Origin: an uncultured Methanosarcinales archaeon
GTDB lineage: Archaea > Nanobdellota > Nanobdellia > Woesearchaeales > ARS49
Reading direction: 5' to 3'
Assembly: GCA_964637115.1 (NCBI GenBank)
Contig: CAZWVL010000001.1
Coordinates: 127,340-191,339 of the forward strand
DNA length: 64,000 nt
The notes below the pieces were generated by a model. That model was not told the DNA's origin, made no database searches, and worked only from the letters and a program-made list of their open reading frames with translations. Positions 26,127-36,500 of the stretch are shown piece by piece. The position numbers and the translations under genes were made by a program. The first letter of the stretch is position 1. Every line of letters starts with the position of its first letter.

Positions 26127-27076
26127 AACTTGAAGACCGTTCTATAGGAAGTTTTGTCGGAGGCGTAATAGGCGATGCATTCGGCATGCCAACCGAAGGA
26201 ATTGGTCCGGCAGGATTGCTGGAAAACTATGGCGGCTGCGTGTGCGATTTCGTTGACCCTGTAGCTCCACATCCAAATGGACATCTTAAAGCGGGTCAGT
26301 ACACTGACGATGGACAGCAAATGATAGCACTTGCTGAGACATTAGTAAATTGCAAGCGCTTCGACATCCACGATTTTGGCAAGCGCATCGCTGTGTGGGG
26401 AAAAAGAAACCTCACAGAGCCTGGTTACGAGCGCTTTCCAGGAGCAACCAGCATGTCTGCAGCTTATTCCTTGGAACAGGGTATAAGCCCATTTAAATCA
26501 GGAAGCACAAGCACGACAAGCTGCGGATCTGCAATGCGCGCAGGACCAATCGGCATTTATTTCCACAAAAACATCGATGACGTCACAAAATACGCACATC
26601 TATCAAGCGTTCCCACACATAATACTCAAGCGTGCAAAGAAGGCGCGGCAGTTGTCGCACTAACAGTTGCACATTTATTGCGCGATGAAAATCCTTTGGC
26701 TGCAGTACGCAAAGTAATTGAAACCGTTAATCATCCGGAATTGCGGAAGCAATGCGAAATGGCTTACGAACTCAGAGAAGCACAGCCAAAGTTAGTTGCT
26801 GACAAAATAGGCACGTCTGCAAGTGTGCTCGATACAGTGCCATTCGCACTTTACAGCTTCCTTCATTCTCCAAACGATTTTCTACAAGTAATGATAACTG
26901 CTGCAAACGCAGTTCCTGGCGACACAGACAGCTTTGGATGCATAGCGGGCAAGTTTGCAGGAGCGCATCTTGGTCTTAGCGCAATTCCAGAGCGTTTGCA
27001 AACAAGGCTTGAAGACGGGCTGAAAATAAGGGAACTTGCACTGCAACTCTACAAGTCTGCAGAAAGATTTGGATGA
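26123..27076 (+). CDS. ADP-ribosylglycohydrolase (DraG/ARH family)
   Basis: GDAFGMPTE, GQYTDDGQ, SCGSAMRAGP, PGDTDSFGCIAG. Confidence 0.92.
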   Translation: MKLEDRSIGSFVGGVIGDAFGMPTEGIGPAGLLENYGGCVCDFVDPVAPHPNGHLKAGQYTDDGQQMIALAETLVNCKRFDIHDFGKRIAVWGKRNLTEPGYERFPGATSMSAAYSLEQGISPFKSGSTSTTSCGSAMRAGPIGIYFHKNIDDVTKYAHLSSVPTHNTQACKEGAAVVALTVAHLLRDENPLAAVRKVIETVNHPELRKQCEMAYELREAQPKLVADKIGTSASVLDTVPFALYSFLHSPNDFLQVMITAANAVPGDTDSFGCIAGKFAGAHLGLSAIPERLQTRLEDGLKIRELALQLYKSAERFG

Positions 27077-27081
27077 TTTTT

Positions 27082-27501
27082 TTATTCTGGTGATACCATA
27101 ATAATGTTTTTTTCCTTAAGCAATCTGCGCAGATTGTCAATGTGCCCTTTGCATAAGTTGAATTCATTGATTGCTTCGCTTAGTTTGCCGGCTCTTGCGT
27201 GTTCAAGACCTTTGTGTATTCGCTGAACAGAAATGCTAAGCAGATAACGCGCAGCAGCAAAATAATCCTGCGGAAGACTTGGAGAAAAATGTTTATTTAT
27301 CTGCTCGGTTAATTCCCTTGTTGGACTTCTTTCGCATGCATGCATTTGAGCAGCCAGCTGGTTAGACCGGTTATAGAAGGGTACTACCTTTTCGTTGACA
27401 AGCTGAGCTGCAGCATCGTTAGACCTCAGTTTACTAACCAATGCGTCCAGGATGCTGGAAAAATCTTCCAATGCGTCTGTCATAATAGAATAAAAATTCA
27501 T
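27082..27501 (-). CDS. Hypothetical helical protein directly downstream of the giant gene
   Basis: 139-aa ORF starting 5 nt after the giant gene's stop, same strand. Confidence 0.6.
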   Translation of the reverse strand: MNFYSIMTDALEDFSSILDALVSKLRSNDAAAQLVNEKVVPFYNRSNQLAAQMHACERSPTRELTEQINKHFSPSLPQDYFAAARYLLSISVQRIHKGLEHARAGKLSEAINEFNLCKGHIDNLRRLLKEKNIIMVSPE

Positions 27502-27506
27502 TTAAT

Positions 27507-30500
27507 TTATAATGATTGCGAAGCCGATTTAAGTTTCCTGAGATTTTCCTTCAAGCGCGCAAGACGCTTGCTAAAATCATCATCTTTTGCGGAAACTTTC
27601 GGTTTTGGCCTGCGAGGACGGAATGCGAATGCCAGGCCAATAAGTACAAGAGAGATGATTGCAAATCCGGCAATTGGCATTCGAAGATCCCTAATATCCT
27701 CTATGAAGCGGCCGGCAATTTCCGGCAGCTTTCCTGACTCCGGAGTGTAACTCCACGTCTTCAGATCAACAATAACCACTTCATCACCCTCAACAACATA
27801 AAAGTCAACGTTAAACATGTGCTGGCCGGGCTCAGAGACATCCGTGATAATATTATCTGGCATGCGCTCATGCTTTGCAAACTCGATATCGGGCTCACTC
27901 GGCCCTGCTCCTTCTTTGAAACCACGCCATCTTCCCTTTTCGAAAATTTCCTTTTTGAAATTATGTCCGTGCCAGGTGCCAATCGGCTTTTTTGCCGGAG
28001 AAATAGCACTCTTTCGCAATTCCGAGCTGTGATGATACGCACAATTATCACCCACACAATCAGGCTTTACGTCTATAAGTCCATCCTCGGTCCAAATGCC
28101 ACCGCGCTCGGTCTCAAAGTCATTCAAATCATCCACAATTATTTTTCCAACACTATTTTTAAATTCAGGAGAAGATAACATAGTTAACTCGAGATAAATA
28201 CGGTATAGATTGACCACAGAAAGCTTGGATTTGGCATCTTCCCACGACTGTGAAACTGGAGGCAAGTCATACAACGTACGATCTACCGAAGGTTTATTTT
28301 TGAGGATATCGTCAATTTTTTCTGTCAATGAAGTACGGTCCAGCTCCTTTGCGTCAACCCTGAAGAGCAATGGAAGGTCGCGTGTAAGATCCACCTGTTC
28401 TCCCAGGTCCTTTAGTTTTTTGATTGTTTCCAGAGCTCTGTTTACTTCTGTCATTGTAACATCTTTGAAAGCTATAATAGAATACGCGGAAGGATAGAAT
28501 CCTGCGTCAGCAAGTGCGGCGAAAACAGGTGAAATTTGTTTAATACTGGACACGAGAGCAGATGCCATTAGCTCCTGTGCATCGGCATCAGTTTCTTTCA
28601 GGAAAGCATCGTGAAGAATCTTTACGGTTGGGTCATCCCGGAAATATTGAAGCAAAAGAGCAGCTCTGCCACGAACAGCAGAATCTGAATCTTCCAAAAG
28701 TTTCAAAAGAGTATCGACAGAACCCTTAACCTTCTCACCAGGAAGTGATGTGCTGTCCATTGCTTTAAGGGCGGCCTCACGTACCTTTGGATCTGCATCC
28801 TCAAACAGAGGAATGACATTATTTCCTAATTCATCAAGGACTTTCCCATTATCGGAGATAACTCGTGCAGCCGCTGCACGAACTTCAGGAACAGAGTCTT
28901 TCAAGCCAGCAAGGATGATTTCTTTTGCCTGATCAGTCCATATCGGAAGTCCGGCTGCTTTATACATTGACGCGCCCAGTGCCCGCAATACGCTATACCT
29001 GACTTGCTGATCAGAATCTTTTGACATCTCAACAATCCGGTTCATGTTAAATTCAATGTTGTTCAATGCTTCCAAGGCACCAGTCCTGATTGCCGGATCG
29101 CTATTCTGGAGCGCCTGTTTAAGCAGTTCAACATTTTGCTGGCCTCCAAGAGCTGCAATAACATATCTATGAAGTTTAGGATCCTTCAACCATTCAAGCC
29201 AGGATGAATCTGCCTTTACATTGATCAGTACAAGTGCTGCGCGCACTTTTACAGATGAACTTGTATCTTGAAGAAGTGCTTTTATTGCAAGTTCACGTGC
29301 GGTTTTAACAATTGACGCATCCTGACTATTGATAAAGGCTCTAAGATTTAAAACTGCAGTTGCGCGGATTTTTTCATTTGAGTTCTGCATTGCTTGTACA
29401 AGCAAGTCCAGCGCTTCTTTGGAGTCTAAAAGACTCATAAGTGCAGAAAAGGCAGCGTTTCGTAAATCATTATCGGGACTTGTGGTTTTCTCCATCAGAA
29501 TCTTGCGTGCTTCCTTGACCTTAAGTATGCCAAGTGCATCTGCGGCAGCAGCCTCTGCAGCAGAAACACCACTCTCGAGCAAACGCAGCAAGCCAGGCGC
29601 TGCCTGCTTCTTGACCTCGTCCAGTTCTGCAGGCTCAAGCGTATTTGCAGTTTCTCTAATAAAGTCTGCCGCCTTGTACCTGACATATTCATTTTCATCA
29701 TCAACAAGCTTTGCAACAGTAAGCACAATTTTTTTTGTTGGCTCAACTATTGTGAGGCTTTTAACCGCTTCAACACGGACTGCACTATGGACGTCTTTCA
29801 AACGCTTAAGCATCTCAGGAACAACATTTTGAACATTGCGGGCTCTCAACAATTTCAATGCAGCCTTGCGAACACGGAAGTCCTTATCTTCAAGTTGTTC
29901 AACAAGCTCGTCGTCATCCGGCAAAATGCTTCCTAAATTAACACCCTTTACATCACGCTCGCTTCCGTCTTTATTGAATATGATCAATTTCAACTGCTGG
30001 CCTGTGTCAGCACTAAAGAATTGGTCAACTTCCTTCTGAGACATTGCTCCTCTGTCCAACAGAGCACTCATAGTTTCCCGCTGTTCAACAGGCCCGCGCC
30101 CAGGTTCACCTGGCCCTCTTGACATTAGCGAACAGCCGGCTATGGTGCAGAAGGTTACAAGCACCATTCCTGCCTTTGCAACCCGGCTTGCCTGCTCAGC
30201 AAACCAGTCCTTGAAACCCTGAGTTTCCGGAACTGTTTCCCTGACAATATCGCTTTCGAGTTTTACTGGAGCTTCTTCAGGCACTTCAGCGGGTGCAACT
30301 TCGGCTGGCAGTTCTTCCTTTACAGGCTCTTCAATTTTCGCAGGCATTTCAACCGGCATTGCAGGCGCTTCTGCCGGCGGGGCAGCAGGAACTTCAACCT
30401 TTGGAGCAGGCCTTAATTTGCTTACAATTTTACTACCAACCGGCTTAATCAACATTTCCCACCAGAAGAATGGATTCAGAACCGAGGTAACGTCAAACAG

Positions 30501-33500
30501 TTTGACTCCTGGTTTGACGGCGACGGGCTTTTCTGGCATTGGTGGTTCAGATTCAGTTTCCTCTGCCGGCATTGCGGATGGAAGGACTAAGTCGTTCAAT
30601 AGCTCCATCGCCCTTCTGTATTCCCCGTGCTTCTGGGGAATCACCTTGTTCAGGATAATCTGTAAGTCACCTTCTGTAATTCCTCCGGGATACTTATTGA
30701 TGAATTGTTGTACAATCGCAGGAGAAATCTGATGCGATTCATCATATTTCGATGTCATGAAACCAAGATTTCCAAACAACAGCGAGAGCAATATCTTTTT
30801 CGCTTGATAATAGCGAGGCGCTGACTGGCCGACTTTCAGCAGCGCTTCTGTTCGTGCGCGCGGAGTGTTCAATTTAATTGCCACTGATATAGTATCAATC
30901 TCTCCAGTGGTAAGAGGAGTTTTCTCTCCAAAGATGAAACTGGTTTTTATCTTACCAGCTTCCTCAAACACGTTGATAGAAACTTGCGTTTCACGCATCG
31001 TGCCATCCGGCAGTTTTACGGTTATCGTAGACATAGTTTCAACATCCGAAGGATCAAGAACTGGAGCCTGGCTAAGATGAACCTCGACCGGCTGCAAGAC
31101 AGGAACGTCATCAATGGCTTTTGTAACTGCCGCTAACTTTTCTGCTTCGCTCATCTTGCCCTCTGCTACTTTGGCTGATGATTCATCATACGCTTTGGTC
31201 ACCGCGAGGCTTCTGAGCCGCGACTGCATGGTTTCTATTTCATCTTTAACCCGCTCCCTGAACACCGGCATGTCTTCTGCAGTAGAATGCGAAACAACTG
31301 CTTCAACAGTTTCAAGAATATCAAATTCGCTGCTTTCAAGTATGCCGCCGATGGCTAACGATTGTGTCGTATCAAAGAGAACCAGGGCGTCAGGGTTGAC
31401 GCGCAAAATCGCCTCAAATGCCGCACGCAACGCTTTCTTTGTTTCCTCAACGCCAACCTTCGCTTGCACTGCATTTTGGTATGCAATAAGCGAATTAATG
31501 AATGCACGGGCTTCTGAAATCCAGATGGTAACACCCGGGTTGTGAACAACAAGTTCAGGGTCAATGCGGATAACATATCGCGGCTTTACAGAACCTTGCA
31601 CGGAAAGCTTGCCCGTATCCGGATCTGTTGATACAATATAAGCCTCGACGTTCTCAGCATTAATCTCTTTTGATAATTTCAACAGCCCTGCGCTTTCTTC
31701 CTGCACGTCCTTCGGAAGCTCGATATCAACCTCTGGAGTTTCAATAACGTCATAATGGCGGCCATCAGCTCCAACTACTGACTTGTGGTTTAGAGTTTCA
31801 AGCTGTCCAGAATAAACATAGTACATTCTATCTTTTGCACGGTGTTTTAACTCCTTCTCGACAGCAGAGTTGAGCAGAACTAGTTCGATCATATATTCTC
31901 TCAGCATACTTTCCACATCAGTCAACTTATATTCACGAGGCGACGCGTGCACAACAGGGAAAAATTCATCAGCTTCAAGCTCTCCAAGACTTACTGGAAG
32001 AGTAATCTGTGTGTAATCTGCAACGCCCAACAGTGAAGAAGTTTCAATGCTCGTTTTCTTGTATGCGAGCAACGCCTCCAGATACAATGGAATTGTTCCA
32101 GCGCAGCACGTGTCCAAAAAGCGCAGTTTTTTCTGCTGAAGAAGACCTGACTGCTCAATAACACCCCAAGTCACTTCTGCTGACTTCCTGAATTCCGGAT
32201 TTTTTCCAATTTCTTCCGCGACCAGTCTGAAAAACTCCTTTTTGAAGCGGGCAAAGCCTTCAGGCGTATCAATATTCTCGCCCTTCATTGTTTTTTCTGT
32301 CTTTTTCAGCAATTCTTTTGTTCGTTCATAATTATCATCGCCCATTGATTTGCGACTTACATAAAGCGTGCCGAACTTGCGTTTCTGGCCCGTGAGGAAC
32401 TCGCGAGCCCGTTCGTATTTGTAACCAAGAATCATATCTCTCTCCAGATGAACATTAAATGGAGGCTCGATGCCTTGTGCAGAAAGCCCGGAATCCACTC
32501 CTTCAAGTTTTTCCATGAACTCAGTGATAAGCTCTGCCTGCCTTTGTGCACGCTCATGAACGTCTCCAGAGGATTCCAAGATTCTGGTCAAATCCTTTTC
32601 ATACGCCCTTTCAAGCTCAGCACCCCTGATGTCGAACAAATCCATAATTTGCTGCTTTTTGAGCTTCAATTGACGAAGTATTTCTTCAGACATAGGACCT
32701 TCCATCACTATTCTCTCCAAAGGCGAGAAAATACGTTCAAATGCGGCCTTCCATTCTTTTACAGGAATAACTTCATTTGGCTGCTGTTCATACGGCCTGC
32801 GTGCTGCCTGCTCAAATACTTCAGGCCTTCCACCAATACGCGCCCTCATTAGCGATATGAACGTGTTCTCATCAATGCCGCCCTTGATTATGTCCTCGAG
32901 CCGCTGTCCGGCCAACGGTGCCTTTTGTATTTTTTCAATTTCCCGCAAAGTGTTCCTGGCAGTCCTTACGTTGGTACGATCAACAAACAGGATAATTTGC
33001 CGCTGAGACTCTGGGCTTAGCTGCGCAAAAATCCTGATGAAACGTGAGGTAAACGCAAAAATCTTTGGCGATGCAGCAATTGCGATGAGGGAATCCAATG
33101 TATCTGAGACCACATCAGGATGAGTTTTTTCAAATAATTCCAAAGAAGGTGCGCTCGCAATGCGAGTTCGCTGCTCAAGTGGAATTGCCTTATTGACGAT
33201 GGCAACAAATACATTTGTTGGCAGTTCAGTGCCAACTACTGCGGGCTTGCCATAACCCATTCTGATGATTCCTGCAAGGGTTTCTTCAGTTAAAATCTCC
33301 GCATCGAAAACAGTGAACGTACCTTTATTCACCTCTTCCAAGAACCAATTTCTTGCAGCGGGGTCAACATAGCGAAGCGCGCTTATCATATGTTGCTTAA
33401 ACAAGAATTCGTTTTTAAGCTGGCCAAGCAGCGAGACATACCTCTGAATAAATGCAGCATCCGTCATAAGAATATTTTGGGCATTGTAAACCATCCACGT

Positions 33501-36500
33501 GCCAATTCCAGTTTCGAGGTTTTTTGAGAGTTCTTTCAAATACACTTTAACAAGTTCAGGGTCTGCATTTACAAATCTGTCAAGATTTTCCGGACGTATG
33601 ACGTTGTCAACATTGATGGAGAGGAATTCTGTAGGTACGCTCAGAATTTGAATAAGCTCCCGCTGGCCGGTCTTCATCTTTGCCAAAGTTTGGATGACTT
33701 CCGGCAGCTCCAATTTGTCCGTCTTCATCTCGAGATCAAGTTGCGCGTTACGATACGTTGATTTATACACTTCCAACGCCCCTCGCGGAATTTCTGCCTT
33801 TCTGAGCTTGGGCCAGATATTTGCAAGCGATGCTATATTTGCAATATCATAAAAGTCGATTGACACAAATATTTTATCAGCAAGTTCTGGCGCATATTTA
33901 GTCAAGTCTATGTGAGAATCTACCCCTTCTGGTGTTTTTGTAATAAAGATATGACCGTTTCCGTAAACAGCTGCCTCATATCCATTCGTGAACTTAATGA
34001 TTTCTCCAAGACCATAACTTCTTCCCTCAACTTCGAATTTTTCCTTTTCAAGCGCGGGCAAAATCATTTTTTTGAAATTTTCTTCAGCGCCTGAAGGATC
34101 AAGCTCTTCATCAACGTCAAACTCCCTGAAGATTTTGGCAAGCGGCGTTTCTTTCGGAAGCTCTTTCTTCGTCACTGGAGGCTCTGCCACTCTGGGTGCT
34201 GCAGGATGTGATTCGCGATACTTGACGATGGCGTTATGGAGGAACAGCTCTGTGATGAAAGACTGGAGCTGCGTCTCTCCCTTGGCGGGCTCAAACAGAG
34301 GCTCACGTGATGTTCCTGCATTGTCGCTCTCTACAGGGCTTAGGAAATCTTCAATATCCTGGACTGCAGCACCCTTATCACCGCTGTACATAATTGCTGG
34401 ATCGTTAAGGTTCGAGCCGTAGAAGAAGCTCGCGGTCTTGATGTTTGGATTTTTCAGTCTGATGATTGCTTCAGCAATAGGCGGAATTCTCAGGCAGCAC
34501 CAATCAATAAAGACAATTTTGTCTTGCTTGAGAACGCCGCTTTTTTCCAACTGAGCATAGGCATCATTAACTTCTTTTGCGATTTTAGGGTTCGTTTTGA
34601 CGAGCTCTGCAACCTTCTTGAATACCTGCTCACGTAAGTTGACAGAATCTTTCTTGTTTTCCTCGGCCAACTTTAACATGTAATCAAAAAGTGAGTGGTA
34701 CAGCTCGTTGATATTGCCGCGGCTGATGTATGCAGCGAACACTTCTTCTTCTGGCTTCAGCGCGCCTCTGGCTTGTATCAAAGGTGCTGAATCGCGAAGC
34801 AGGTAGACTTTTGCATATCCGGGCAGTTTCTCATCGAGTTCAGCCTCAGATGCAGGCACATCATTCATGCTAATGGGAAGTTTCCAAAACAAAAAGTCCA
34901 GATGATGCTCTAATTTTTCAGGATCCTTTAACTCCTGAAGATCTGCATCATCCGGATATTCCTTGATCAGTTGCTCGAGTTTTTTCCTGGCAAGCTTCCT
35001 GATTTCGTCTTCGCTGAAAACTTTTTTGTACGCATCAAGCTGTGCACCATTCCTGCGCAAATAATTGACAAAGTCCTGCATTGTGCCTTTAGGCGGTAAT
35101 GTTTTCAATGCGGTATAACTGTTGATGAAATCTTCTAATGTGTCGATTTTGGGCGCCATAACAGGCGGAGCTGCAGGCACTTCTTTCGCAACAGGCTTCG
35201 GCAGAAGCAGTTCGTTCAACTGGTCCATTGACTTGCTGTATTCACCGCGCTTTTGCAATGGAAGCCTCTTTAGAATGCCATCCTTGTCTTTCTCTGTCAA
35301 CCCATTTGGATACTTTTTAACGAACGCTTCAACTTCCTGCTTTGATACGGGCAGTTCATCATATTTATCAGTCAGATACGCCAGATTATTACGCATCAAT
35401 GCAAACACTATTTTCTTCATCTGATAATAGCGGGGAGAGCCAGGCTGCTGCTTCGTGACTGAACGGGGCGTGCTCAACAGTTTTGCTGCTTGCTCAACAC
35501 TAACTGCTGGAGAAGGTTTTTCGATAGCAGGCGTTTTAGCTTCAAGTTCAGCAATCTTCTTTTCTCTATCTTTCTTAAGCGTATCTTCATCAGTGAACTT
35601 TTTATCACGGTTCTCTCCATGAACAAGTTCCTCTCCAAATTTGATCTGAACTCCTTCAGTTCCGAAAACCAAAATGCCCTGCGCGTCTCCCTCCTTGGCG
35701 GCACGCGGAATAAAGTTAATACCAAATAATCCCCTATCATAATCAAGCAAGCCTTCAGATTGTCCTCCCTTTATCACACCGTGCGGCGTGTGGCCGGTAA
35801 CAATAATATTTCCGCCCATATTTATCTTGAACTCATTAATTTGTCCAGTAAGGAAACCTTCAACAGACACGGCAAGGGCGTGCAGTTCATCTGCGAGTGC
35901 ATTATGCGATTCCTTGTCATCAACACCGGTTCTCTTAAGCCTGTTGATAACATCCACCACTTTATCTTTGATAACGTTCTTGAAATCTTCTGAAACATAC
36001 ATATCATCAACATCAGAGATAATTCGTGATAGGGCCGCATTTGCTTGTGATTTGTCAAACAGTTGTTTGATAGCCCGAATCTTTTCCTCCATAGCTTTGA
36101 TGTCCTTCCCAAGCGTATCCCAATATCGGCCCCACATCATACGGTGTTGTGATTCAGATGTCTTGCCCAAATCCTCCATTGACTTTGCAGAAAAGTCCGG
36201 TGAACCGTGCACAAAAATAACATTATTGACGCGTACAGCAAAAGGCAGCCCTTCAAAGAATTTAACGTACTCCTGCCCTTCCTTGTTCTTCCTCATATGC
36301 TCGTGGAACATCGCAAATAATTGCTCATCGGGCATCGATTTGAGCTGCGTGATTATGTCTTGTTCTTGCGGCGATCCTTTCTGTGCGCCTTTGTCCTTGC
36401 GCATCTTCGCGAGGACAAACGAGAATGCGGTAGCCTTGCCGCCCTGCATCCACCACGAATTGCCCGCATACTCATACGTCACTCCTTTATCCGCCTGCTC

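Noticed and set aside
23063-27500. Integrated element at tRNA-Pro
   Set aside because: No integrase is present and I saw no duplicate of the tRNA 3' end in the window; a longer-range search would be needed.
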